DNA from: Octopus sinensis
Taxonomy: Eukaryota
DNA: 64,000 bases
Assembly (NCBI RefSeq): GCF_006345805.1
Contig: NC_042998.1
Location: forward strand, 163,618,001 to 163,682,000
Direction of reading: 5' to 3'
How positions within the stretch are numbered: position 1 is the stretch's first letter; each line of letters begins with the position of its first letter. Below the pieces are notes generated by a model. It did not search any database, had not been told where the DNA came from, and saw only the letters and a program-made list of their open reading frames with translations. Shown piece by piece: positions 11,834-24,161 of this stretch. A program made the translations under genes and the position numbers.

Positions 11834-12474
11834 AATTACTGATATTGTCAAAGTCAGAAAAGCATTCATAATGGTCTTTAAGTAATGAACATGCAAAAGG
11901 AGGAAAATTATTTAAGTGTAAACCTTGTGCCTTAAGGCAACTGCATAAAAACCTTCTCAGCAGTGCTTGTAATTTAACTCTGATTTTTCATTTGGGAAAT
12001 GTGATACATTTCTGCTCTAAGCTTGTAATCTTTAGCAAAAACTAACTGAATATTGTTTGTTGTGGACCTGTTAGTTCCCCCCCCCCGAGTTACTGACTGC
12101 TGTGAATGGCTCATAGATATTAAGTAATGCTAATTACTTTCGACAGTTAGCTATCTTTAATATATGATAGCTTCTTTCACATTGCAGTGTGTATCATCAG
12201 GAGAAACATTATAAGACAACACCCACTTCCTTAATGTTCATAATAGGCAATGACAAGAAGAAACAGAAGAAACAAAGGAATTAGAAACAATAGCAATTGT
12301 TGTTGTTTTTATTATTATTCAGACGATGATATCAGCTATAAATATATTCATTAATGAATGTTTCATTAGTTTAGATGAAATATAAATAAATGGCACTTCT
12401 TAAACATGTCAATATGCATTCGTGGGAGCATGTATGTATGTATAAGTGTGTGTATGTATATATAGAGAGATATA

Positions 12475-13005
12475 TCTATTATATAAAATCCATTCTGTCT
12501 GTGTGTGTGTTTTCTAGGATCTTGGGCATCCTCCATCCGATTGCGCTCAAATTTGATATGTAGATACCGACAATATCAGGGCGTGTATAAGTCTTGAAAA
12601 AATTACAAAAATCGATTCCAGGTGAGAATGCGAGCAATAAAGCCGTTTTTACCCTGCTTTTCTCCCATCAACCTATACATAACTGCACCTTCCATTTTTG
12701 TTGCTTTTGTACTGCTTAAAGGCATGTTTCTTTCCTGCCAAGCTTACTGTTTAAACCATGTTTGTATTCTCCCAGTCAACAGCCTTATCATTACTGGTAC
12801 TTTAAACTCTTCAGTTGCATATTTTCTTTGGAATAGAAAAGAAGTCTATCTTTATTTCTTCTTTTGTTGGTGTCTCAAATTTAGGTTAAATCAGTGTTTC
12901 TCAAAGGGGAGGCCTATGGGATGGTCGAACAAGTTGTTTTGAGAAAATTTGGTTTAAATGTTTGACAACTCAGCACCGTACATTGGATGGGGGTCGTTTT
13001 GCTCG
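12475..13005 (+). mobile_element. Non-autonomous Helitron-like element, copy 2
   Basis: Same 5' TC start and same 3' part as 5729-6174; different middle segment. Confidence 0.7.
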
Positions 13006-13895
13006 TACTATATATAAGCATATAAATGAGGATATGTATTGATATGTATGTAAATTAATATGTATGCACGTGTGTTAATATGAATTTATATATATGAATT
13101 TATATATGGGGGCATGCGTCAATGTGCATATATGTATATGTGCACCTCTGCATACATATGGTCTATATACAGCTTGTGTTGTGGAACATTGTCTTCTTCA
13201 GCTGTCGGCTGGAGATCACAATGATTTTGGAACCTGCCAACAGTACTCTTTTATGCAGTAATGTATAGATCAAAACAGTTTGGTTCAGAATCTTTGTAAC
13301 CCTGAGTTTCAAGTGTGTGATTTGTCTTTGGCCATTTGGAGTCTGAATGAGAGATTGATTGAAGAGAGTCAATGTTTATTACTGGACGTTAACCTGCTAT
13401 TGGTCAAGAAAGGTCTTGTGATATTAATGTCAGTATTTTAGTATTTTAGAGACAGCAGTTAGATGGAAAATGCCACGTGGTAAACAGGAAATTGATCGCG
13501 TAGTGAACAGGAAATCGACCACGTGATGGACAATATATCAGTTGTGTGGCTGGTGGGAAAGTAGGAAAGGGGCAGTAGATGTGGGGGCATATATGTATAT
13601 ATGTACATGTATATGCCCATATATCTGTGTGTATGCATCAGTATTTATATGAGTGTGTATATATGCTTAGATGTACATTCCTACATCTGCACACATACAC
13701 ATATGCAAAAGCACACACACACATACACAAAAGCACACATGCATACGCGTATGTATACACAGACACACACACATACACGAAGGCACACATGCATGTGCAC
13801 ATATATACACACATGCACACAAACCTTTATTTCCATATACATATGCACACACTCATGTGCACAAACTTACACCATCCAATGTTATTACTAGGCAC

Positions 13896-14246
13896 TAGAC
13901 GGGTATGACAGCCAGTGACTTCAAGTGAAGATACTCCCAGCATTTGCATTCATTTAGATCCAGGGACCAAGAGACCTCAACTTCCCTGTCGTGCTTTCTC
14001 TGGAGACTTTGTGACCTCTGAGATGAAACACCTAGCATCAAGTGGACTATTATCAACAGGGTGCCACCATATTCACCCAGCACTCCTAATTACCAGTTGT
14101 GCCTCCATGAAAAACTGCACATCATCTACCAACCCACTGTATCCATCAACAAAAAATATGAAGTATCGTATTGCTGTTACCAGAGGTACATCCTGCTGGT
14201 AAATTTCAAACCATTGGCCACTGACAATCTGGATACACCTCCTTAG
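13896..14246 (+). pseudogene. Penelope-type GIY-YIG endonuclease remnant
   Basis: A single frame with stops reads *TGMTASDFK*RYSQHLHSFRSRDQETSTSLSCFLWRLCDL*DETPSIKWTIINRVPPYSPSTPNYQLCLHEKLHIIYQPTVSINKKYEVSYCC. This matches the YIG-T..FK.RY..H..SF...STELS...W...IKW.I...PY....C.LCL.EK..I....LNK..E pattern of PLE endonucleases. Confidence 0.8.
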
Positions 14247-14929
14247 TACAATCCACACCTAGCACTGTCTGCACCAAGGTGATCATTACAAATTAACCCC
14301 ATGAACACTACTGCAAATCACCAATCCCCAACACTTTCCCATACTTGTCTGTCCATATATTCTCACCCACCTTATACATCATCCCTTGTGTATGACCACA
14401 TGAGTGTATGTGTGCTTTATGAGTGTATGAGTGCACATATGCATTTGCTCACTGTATGCATGCACACGGATGTGGGTGTACATGTGTGTGCATGCATTCC
14501 CATGTACATGTACACCCATGCATGTGTGTATATGTGCACACTTGTGTGTGCATGTGCTCATGTGCATATGTACATGGAGATAAAAATGTGCATGTGTGTG
14601 TGTGTGCCTGGGCATGTGTGTGTATGTGCATCTAAGCATGCACACACGCGCATGTATGCATACATGCAAGTATATGGGCATATATATGTACATATATACA
14701 TATATACACCCACATCAACTGCTCCTTCCTACTTCCCTCAACCACATGACCAATATCTTATTCACCACGTGGTCTATTTCCTGTTCATGTGGTATTTTCC
14801 ATCTAACTGCTGTCACTAAAATACTAAAATACAAACATTAATACCACATGACCTTTCTCAACCAATTGCAGGCTAATGTTGTGTAATAAACATTGACTCT
14901 CTTCAATCAATCTCTCATTCAGACTGTAA

Positions 14930-14969
14930 TGGCTGAAGACCAGCCACATGCTTGAAACTCAGAGTGCCA
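14930..14969 (+). ncRNA. Decayed hammerhead motif in the Penelope pseudo-LTR (mirror copy 13295-13334, minus strand)
   Basis: tgg-CTGAAGA-cc-agc-cacat-gct-t-GAAACTC-A-GAGT-g-cca: stem I tgg/cca and palindromic stem III. Confidence 0.5.
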
Positions 14970-15059
14970 AGAAATCTGAATCAAACTGTTTTGATCTATA
15001 CATCTAACTCCTAATAAATGTGTTTGGCACCCTTCTTTCATTTGTCTATTCACTCTTTG

Positions 15060-15109
<50 letters not shown>

Positions 15110-15243
15110 CATACATACACACACACACTCACACACTTTATTTGTGCTTTAACGAGGCTACCATTGGTTTCATGTCGATAGAGAGACATATCGCTCAACA
15201 ATTATTCAAGTATGCCACATTTGACGTTGGTGGATCAATATTC

Positions 15244-15399
15244 TTATTTGTGGGTTAATAAGGCTACCAATGGTTTCATGTAGTAGTCTTCCAACAATAA
15301 TCAAGCCTATCACGTAGGTACATTGGTATGCATCTTGATGACAGCTGAGAGGTTGCTCTCTACATGAAACTATTAGAGGCCTTATCAACCCACAAATAA
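15244..15399. mobile_element. Small MITE with about 40-bp TIRs, plus a partial copy upstream (15139-15243)
   Basis: ttatttgtgggttaataaggctaccaatggtttcatgtag versus revcomp of ctacatgaaactattagaggccttatcaacccacaaataa. Confidence 0.7.
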
Positions 15400-15622
15400 C
15401 AAATCTTTTATATCCACAAATAGCATATATCTTTTATTTGTTTCAGTCATTAGACTGCAGCAATAACTTGAAGAATTTCAGTCAAACTTATTAACCCCAG
15501 TACTTATATTTTTGTGAAGCCTGGTATTTATTCTGTCAGACTCTTTTACTGAACTGCTAAGTTATGGGGATGTAAACATGCCAGCACCAGTTGATAGATA
15601 GATGAATGAATGGATGGGTGCA

Positions 15623-15660
<38 letters not shown>

Positions 15661-16094
15661 CATACATATATATGTGCATACACATACATGCATGCATGCA
15701 TGCATACATACACACATACATACATATGCTTACATATATATGTGTAGTTTCTTCTAGATATTGTATCAAATGGCCACTGCCTTTATAACAGCCAAAGTGA
15801 AAATTTTTTGAAGTAGAAATTGCTAACAGTAAGACACACTATCTACATTTACTGGGATTATAGCATCAACGAAATCACAGTAGATGTTTCATAATGTATA
15901 TAAAGTTCTGCATATATAGCATATCAATAATACAAACAACACTGTGCCACATAATAGCTCCCATGCCAGTGCCACATAATAGGTTTTTTCAGTGAGGATT
16001 GACATTGAACTAAACAACTATACTTTGTCATCAATCACACAGTGACACATGGCCTTTTGGTTCAGGTTTTAGGCTCACAATTGTTAAATTGCAG

Positions 16095-16125
16095 ATTCAA
16101 TTGCCAGACCAGGTGTTACTTCAAG
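16095..16125 (+). CDS. Candidate 31-nt exon (FNCQTRCYFK) of a possible longer isoform
   Basis: Branch-like CTCAC followed by ttgcAG acceptor; donor AAG|GTACTT. Frame-compatible with the donor at 11818 and exon 38134-38150. Confidence 0.25.
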
Positions 16126-17205
16126 GTACTTCCTTTCATGTTGCTTTAGTTCACTCTGCTTAAAAAAAAAAAGAGTAATTGTAGAAGCTGACTGTTGGCC
16201 TTCCAATAGATTGGTATCCCATTCAGGCATGAGAAAGCGTGTTGTGCTCTTTGTCACATAAATGTCTTGGAAACTAAGATAAGCTTCAGCCAAATGGGCA
16301 CGGAGGCTTGAGACAAATTTTAACAGTGTACCTATGGATTACACCTAATTGATTTTAATCAATTACTTATGTGTCTTAACCCTGCCAGATCATGCTTGGC
16401 AAAGTTTCATAACAACAACAAAAGCAAAAACAACTATTTTCTTTTTAAATACTTTCTCCTCTTTTCCCCTAAGTGTGTCTAATGTATTGTTAACTAGGAA
16501 AAATAAATCTGATCATGATATATGAAAATATGAATAACCGAATAGTTGTTGATCTGCACATCATCTGCTTTCTTCTATTTGATCATGTGAGATAATCTAT
16601 CTGCACAGTCTATGTGTCTGTCCATCCGTCCGTCCATCCATGTGTGTGTGTGTCTGATGGGCTCTCCCATCACAGATAACATATGAGCATTCAGCTTTTG
16701 CCGAACAGCCTGCCAAATGTTCATGCCACACATTAGCTCACTCTCTCCATCAAATCGACGTCTGAACAGATGCACCATATACCATGCGTCGGGTCTTGAA
16801 CTGATCACAGAGCAATGTGAGATGAAGTGTTTTGGTTGAGAAAACATTGCACCACCTGGTCTAGGAATTGAAATCACGATCTAGCAATCATAAGTGTAAC
16901 GCCCTAACCACTAACCACTATATGAAACAAGATTAAGAATGGAGAAAATTACATCATTAACTGATGATTGCACCATGCGTTACCAACTGTTGTTTCTAGT
17001 GTGCAATAATATTTAGATATAGGAAAAGGTATACAATACCAGTCAAATTATTATATCTGAAAATACATGCTAACACAATGTTATCAAGGCAAACCAAAAT
17101 TGGGTAGCTCATTGTTAGATATAGTTAATCAAAATCATTTAACACAGAGCTTTATAGATTTCTGCCTGGATTTACTAATCTCTTTTCACTTATAATAATA
17201 ATAAT

Positions 17206-17732
17206 CTCATGGCTTCTGATCTTAACTGATTGGAAGTGTTATCATGTACTTTGTTTTGTCTTGGTATAAAAGATGGGCTACAGCAAATATTCTGCTCAAT
17301 ACCACAGATTTGCTTGTCAGTTGTTTGACCTTAACCAGTTGAGCATGTCCCTTAGTGGCTGACGATATGTGCATCTCTGATCACGAGCAGAAGTAGTTGG
17401 GGAGCATCGTAGCCATGTGTTGAGAGGGATTCTTTGGGGTTTGAATAATTCACCTCTGGAAACATGGGTGGTTCTTTCAACATCCTTAAACAACCCTTAT
17501 TCAGGGACCTTTTGAGCGGGATGGGCTATTCAACCTGAAGAAAATTCTAACTGGGCCCCACCTGCAAGGTCATGTGCTGTTTATCTTGATATGAGATCAC
17601 CATGTCGCGCACATATGGTTGTGATGCATGTGCCTGGTGTACCTTTATCAGACGGGTAGTCATGATGGGTATATTGGGCTTCGTATATTTTACCCCAGTG
17701 TCACTTTGATGGCATGCACTGCTCTCTCACTC
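17206..17732 (+). mobile_element. (AAT)n-tailed retroposon, copy 1 (LINE 3' end or SINE)
   Basis: About 500-bp body ending ggcatgcactgctctctcactc-(AAT)n; inverted copy at 17835-18323. Confidence 0.75.
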
Positions 17733-17757
17733 AATAATAATAATAATAATAATAATA

Positions 17758-17791
<34 letters not shown>

Positions 17792-17834
17792 TATAATAAT
17801 AATAATAATTATTATTATTATTATTATTATTATT

Positions 17835-18323
17835 GAGTAAGAGAGCAGTGCATGCCATCAAAGTGACACTGGGGTAAAATATATGAAGTCCGGTATACTC
17901 ATCATGACTACCCATCTGATAAGGGTACACTAGGCACATGCATCACAACCATATGTGCACGACATGGTGATCTCATATCAAGATAAACAGCACATGACCT
18001 TGCAGGTGAGGCCCAGTTAGAATTTTCTTCTGGTCAAGTAACTCATCCCACTCAAACGGTCCTTGAATAAGTGTTGTTTAAGAATGTTGAACGAAACACC
18101 CATGTTTCGAGGGGTGAATTATTCAAACCCCAAAGAATCCCTCTCAACACATGGCTTTGATGCGCCCCCACTACTTCTGCACGTGATCAGAGATGCACAT
18201 ATCGTCAGCCACTAAGGGACAAGTGGTTAAGGTCAAACAACTGACAAGCAAATCCGTGGTATTGAGCAGAATATTTGCTGTAGCCCATCTTTTATGCCAA
18301 GACAAAACAATGTACATGATAAC
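17835..18323 (-). mobile_element. (AAT)n-tailed retroposon, copy 2
   Basis: Reverse complement of 17238-17732, roughly 90% identical by eye. Confidence 0.75.
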
Positions 18324-18352
18324 TTATTATTATTGTTTTTTTTTTGTTTTTT

Positions 18353-19035
18353 AAAGTGGTGAGCTGGCAGAAACATTAGCACACTGGGCAAAATGCTTAG
18401 CAGTACTTTGATTGTCTTTGCACTCTGAGTTCAAATTCTGCCGAATTCAGCTTTGCCTTTCATCCTTTCGGGGTCGATAAATTAAGTACCAGTTGTGTCC
18501 TGGAGTACGATCTAATCGACAGGCCCTCTCCTCCCCCAAAATTTGGGAACTTGTGCCTAGAGTAGAAAAGATTATTATTATTAGTAGTAGTAGTAGTATT
18601 GAGGAGGCGGTAAACTGGCAGAATTGTTAGCACGTTGGATGAAATGCTTAGCGGTATTTCACTGATTGCTACATTTTAAGTTCAAATTCTGCGGAGGTTG
18701 ACTTTGCCTTTCATCCTTTCGGAGTTGATAAATTAAGTACCAGTTGAACACTGCTGTCGATGTAATGGACTTATCCCTTCCCCCCACATTTCAGCACTTG
18801 TGCCTAGGTAGAAAGGATTATAATTAAGGTAGTATGCTGGCAGAATCATTAGCATGCCAGGCAAAATGCTTAGCAGCATTTCATGTCTTTACATTCTGAG
18901 TTCAAATTCTGCCAAGGCCAAGTTAGCCTTTCATCCTTTCGAGGTTGATAAATTAAGTACCAGTGAAACACTGGGGTTGATGTAATCAACTAGTCCCTGC
19001 ACCCAAAATTTCAAGCCTTGTGCCTACATTAGAAA
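18353..19035 (+). mobile_element. Three head-to-tail SINE family B copies
   Basis: gagctggcagaa...gttcaaattc...tgtgcctag unit at about 18353, 18603 and 18826, separated by short ATT/AGT tails. Confidence 0.85.
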
Positions 19036-19045
19036 GCATTATTAG

Positions 19046-19090
<45 letters not shown>

Positions 19091-22000
19091 ATCTCACTCT
19101 CTCCCTCTTTACAGATACATTTCTTACTCTATTCCTCAAGAGGCCTTTTGCACTTATCATTTTCTCTCTGCTTTCATCCTTCATTTTTAGTTTCATTTTA
19201 GTATGAACACACACACATGCATGCATGCACACACATTCCACGTAGTACATCTGATTTTAAGATATATGATATTTACGCAAACACATTAATACATATATAC
19301 ATACATGCACCTATACAGTTTTATTCATACAAATTTGTAAGCATTCATACACATTTCCTTCCTTTCAGATATTTTAGGGGAAGAAATTATTTTTCTATCA
19401 TTATTATTATTATTTATGTTGTTGTTAGAAATTTCTCCTTTTTTATTTCTTTTGTTTTATTTTATTTATTATTTATTTCTTGCTAATCCTGTTTGATTTC
19501 TTTGTTTAATTCAAATATTCAAAGGTTTTGTTTTCTGATTTTCAACCACTGTCAGCAGAGAAATATTTGGGTGACTGTGAATGAACACAATGGTTCCAAG
19601 AGAACTCATGGAATTGCTAGGCTTCTCTTCAAAGTGAAATAATGAGGGAATCATATTTAATTGAAGTGTGAGTTATGTCACAATGTCGGTTGATTTCACG
19701 CTGAAGTGTGAAGCTTAGGAGAAGGAGGGAAGGGCAATTAAATGCCAGTGAGGGTGTTAGGAATTCACCCACTGGGGAGAGTTGAAGAGGGAGGAGAATG
19801 TGTCCTGTAGGATACTAATCAGCCACAGAAGAAGGCTAAAGGGAGGGGAATCATATTATGGATGGTCTAATATGCAGTATGGAAGGAGTGCAGGTGAAGA
19901 AGGTATGCCTAATAAACAAATGTTGGCTGATCTACAGTGAAGAGATAGCTGGGAAGTTAAGTGTCCTGGAGTACTTAAGCTATTCTACAAGAAACTAGGT
20001 GGAAAGAGTGTCATGTTTGCATTAATCAGCTGTTATTCAATGAATTTGGTTGGTGTACCTTGGAGAGAGTTTAATAATTGTCCTATGTGGGAGCGATCTG
20101 CTCTGCTGTGGTAAGGGTGGTAGGGATGTCTTCAGATTAGAATCAAACCCCACCCCAGGTGAAAAGAATGAAAGTTGGTGGTAGTGGTGGTGGTGGTAGT
20201 AGAGTATTTGATATTCAAAGTTTAAAACGCAAAAGAAAATAAAGAAAAAGAACTTGTGTATTCTAAATGTAAGGCTAAAAAACAACAGTGTAAATGCAAT
20301 ATAGGAAGGATAATGTAATAAAAGAAGAATATTAAATAAGACTAAATTAAGTGACGTATGACAGGTGAAGCTAGGAATTTGTTAAGGTGGAGTTATTTAT
20401 GAAGTGTGGGTGTTATGCATGGTGGAATATTGAGACGAATTGAAAGGTCAGAAATTATCACCATTTTCAGGCTTGGCTGAATTTGTGTGTTTACTGAATT
20501 GAGCTAACTTTTCTATAAGTTGCATGGGAATGTGTGTGTGTGTGTGCATGGCTTGTATGTGTGTATGCGTTTTTCAAGTGAGAAGCTGATTAGCAAGAAA
20601 TCTGTCAGCTTTTATGACTTTCAAAGCTTACATTTTCTGGAATGGATAATTTAGCAATAATAATTTGTATAAAAAGAAAATATAAAATAAAATAAATTTG
20701 AAAAAAAAATAAATGTAAAGTAAAAGAAAATGACTGAGACAACGCTTTTTTTCCTTGTTTTTTTTTTTTTTTTTGTGGAGTTTTTTGAGCGGGGAGGAAT
20801 TTTTTTTTAAGGTTATCTGTTAACCTTTCATTATCAAAGATGAATTTCATAAGCGATGTTCTTTGGGAAATCCTTTGATGTTGTTACTTAAACAAGTACC
20901 AAAGATTAACTTAGGTGATAAAGCACTCAAGATGGAATCAGCAAGTTATCTGGTGAATTTTTATTTTGACTCCATCGTCATATGAATATTAGTATTTGGT
21001 ACTAAATATCTGATGACTAATAATTATCCCCATTATTTCCTAGACATCTCTCTTAATGTTGTCTGATACTACCTTTATTACACTTAAATGTCTTCAGTCA
21101 TTTGCCCCCTGTAAGTGCGTGTGTGTGTGTGTGTATGCGCATGCACACATTTTGGGGTTATGCTTATTTGATTTAATTCTGTATTTGTGTGTGTGTATGT
21201 GAATGAGAGAAGAGGTTTGTTTAAATTGCAAGGACAAAAGGGGAGACCCTCTATGTGGTTGCTAAGCCTGCTTGAAATAACAACTAAATCTCCTTCAAAT
21301 TAATCCTTACCATTTTAAAAGGAAATAAAGCACTTCTGAATTATTACTTTGTTTGACTTAAGCTCTTTGCTCCCTGAGGAGAATAGGCCATCAGTAATCT
21401 TTCTTCACTGTTCTTGACTCTGACTCTATTCTGCTCTTCTGTAGAATCCCTGCTTTTATTTTGCTGCACTACATCATGTGTCTCCCTAATGGAAGACCTT
21501 CCTCTCACAGATCTCATTGGTTTTGAATTGTCATCAATGCCCCTATAACTTTGCTTTTTTTTGCTTGGGAGGTGGGGGTGCTGACCATATGCAGTTCCCC
21601 TTTTTTTAACTTATGGACAGAGGTGGTTTAAATTAGTTTGTCCTTTGTTCTTTGATATGTCCAGCATGGAAGGCCCTGCCAAGAGTTTGTGTTCTGCTGG
21701 CAAAGCTCTCAGAGTCACTGAAGCAAATAAGTGGTGGTGGTAGTGGTGGTACCAGCAGTGGCAATGGTAAGGGGTGGTGGTAGAAGCAATGGTGGTGGTG
21801 ATAAAGGAGCTAGAACATAAATTGGGTATAAGAGAAATCAGATGTAGTGCGCCAGAGAGGAGACTGCACAGATATGGGCATATAATATCAATGGAGAATG
21901 ACAGCTATATAAGCATGTTCTGAGCTATAAAAGTAGAATGTAACTGTATAAGAACGAGAGACTAAAGAAGATTGAGAATGAAGGTAGTAAAAAGGGATCT

Positions 22001-23292
22001 TGAGATGTTATAGCTGATAAGAGAAATGACAGAAAACTGTGTCAACCAGCAATATGTGGTGCTGCAGAAGCCCCAACCTCTTACACAAGCCTAGTACATG
22101 CACTCATTTCTTCATCCCTTACCTGTTATTATGGTCATGCACCCTCTTGTCTATTGCCCATTTTATACCCTCACCCCTTCCATCTAGTCTCCAAACTGCT
22201 GTATCTGTTCTGTACTACCTTATCTCTTCTATTTACAATGTCATGCCACCCCAAATTGAGAGGAAAGTACTTGACTGCATGCATATTGAATATATTTCTC
22301 TCTCATACCTCCATCACCTATATCCTGCTACATATCTGTCTTCTGAAATCCTAATGCTTGAGTGGAGAAGGATTGCACCCTGACAACTTTTACCATTCCT
22401 CTTTGATTCTCCTGTCACCCGACTCTCTTTGCTTTGACATGTTAAGTCGAGCATGTGCCTGGCTTCTCATAATCATGTTATTTCTCCACCATACACCACT
22501 CTACCCACCCATATATATATAACATGAAGAAACACTACGGCTACTCACATCTCCTCCTCTTTCTCTCCCTACTGTCTGTATTTTTCTAACTCTCTATCAC
22601 AAATCCCTTGATACTATTTTTCCCTTTCCCTCCTATTCCTTCCTTCCAACTCCTCTTTCCTTTCTGCTCCACTTTACCCACCCATGTATAATGTTGGGAA
22701 GTTCTACATCTCTTACTCAACATTCATTATTCTATCACTAACTACCTAACATTGCTTCTGCTTTCTCTCTGTTACTCCAACCTTTCTCTAACATTGTCTC
22801 TCCTCTACCATCATCTCTCAGCAACAAACCTGTTTAACTTCAATAAGAACAGTCTTGGGCCCTAACAAACCAGCTAACCCATACTGGCATGGTGAATGGA
22901 CTTAACCACTCCATCACTCGGTCCACCAGCTTATCTTCCCCTTTACCATTATCACTTTGTTCCACCTCACCTTCACACTAATCCATGACATTACTCTTCC
23001 CCTTCTCTCCTCTGACTCCATTACTCCCTACACACCACTGTTCCCTCTGTTATTCTCTCCATTACCATCCTCTCACAATAAATCCATTCCATACATCATG
23101 AAGCCCCACTTTCATTTTCCAAACTACAACATAACCTCAAAAGTGCTGGTGCCACAAAACACACACAGGCTGTAAGGGATTGGCTATTGATTAAAGCAGT
23201 AACAATGCATGACTTGAGAGGGTTCTTTTGTCTCTCTGATGGCAAGGCAACCTCTGTAGTGGTGGTGCTATGAAGAAATATACCCTGTACAC

Positions 23293-23522
23293 TCTGTTAA
23301 AATGCTTGGTGTTTGGAAGGGCACTTAAACACAGAAACCATGCCAAAAATGAGACATTGGAACAAGATGTGCCCCCAGACTATTGAGACCTATCAAACTA
23401 GCTCACCCATGGGCTAGTTTGATAGGTTTCAATAGTCTGGGGGCACATCTTGCTCCAATGTCTCATTTTTGGCATGGTTTCTGTGTTTAAGTGCCCTTCC
23501 AAACACCAACTATTTTAACAGA
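23293..23522. repeat. Near-perfect palindrome: 110-bp arms, 10-nt spacer
   Basis: Arms 23293-23402 and 23413-23522 are reverse complements with 4 mismatches; spacer tcacccatgg. Confidence 0.95.
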
Positions 23523-24161
23523 TTTAAATACTGATTTCAAATTTTGGCACAAGGCCAGCAATTTTGGGGTAAGAGAGAAAGTCAATAATATCAACCCCAG
23601 TGCACAACTGGTACTTTATTTTATTGACCCTGAAAGGATGAAAGGCAAAGTCGACCTCAGCAGAATTTGAATTCTGAACATAAAGATGGACGAAGTACCA
23701 TTAAGTACTTTTCCCTGCATGCTAACAATTCTGCCAGCTCACTGCCTTTAAATATATTTAGATATTGCAAAGCCTTGTGGTGAGTGAAATAAGAATATAA
23801 AAATGTAAAAAAAAGTTCTTATTTTCACTCACAGTGAGGTTTTGCAAATATTTTAAATAAATGAATGTTTGAATTCACAATCCCTTAATAGATAGGTAGT
23901 CTTGCAATTTAAATGCCATGGTCAAATGGACTTCTTACATTAAATAGCAACATCTCAAATTGATTTCATTTCTGCAATGCTTTATCATTGAAGATGAACT
24001 GATTCAATGACTCTTTTACAGGAGTCAACCTTTGTTATTTTCACTAATACTATTTGCTACAAACCCACACACCCAGTAGACAAAAACAGTTATTGAAAAG
24101 TTGCATTTCAATCCATCACTATGGCATTGCTGATAATTACCACATTTCTCTTTTGACAAAG

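Larger units (their letters stand above)
13245..15025 (+). mobile_element. Decayed Penelope-like retroelement with inverted pseudo-LTR arrangement
   Basis: Arms about 13245-13870 and 14530-15025 are inverted copies. The spacer encodes a GIY-YIG endonuclease C-terminus, and each arm carries a hammerhead-like motif. Confidence 0.75.

Noticed and set aside
16084-16330. Protein-like minus-strand ORF (AHLAEAYLSFQDIYVTKSTTRFLMPEW)
   Set aside because: Weak acceptor, runs through a poly-T tract, no recognisable family, and antisense to a better + strand exon candidate.
17415-17470. Hammerhead-like GTGTTGA-GAGGG...CCCTC-GAAAC in the AAT-tailed retroposon
   Set aside because: Both copies share a non-consensus core and an ATG at the cleavage position (G is not tolerated).
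19560-23180. Purine- or pyrimidine-skewed segments (19560-20000, 21830-23180; also 6930-7345) resembling ancient LINE remnants
   Set aside because: Too decayed to translate into reliable motifs, so not called as features.
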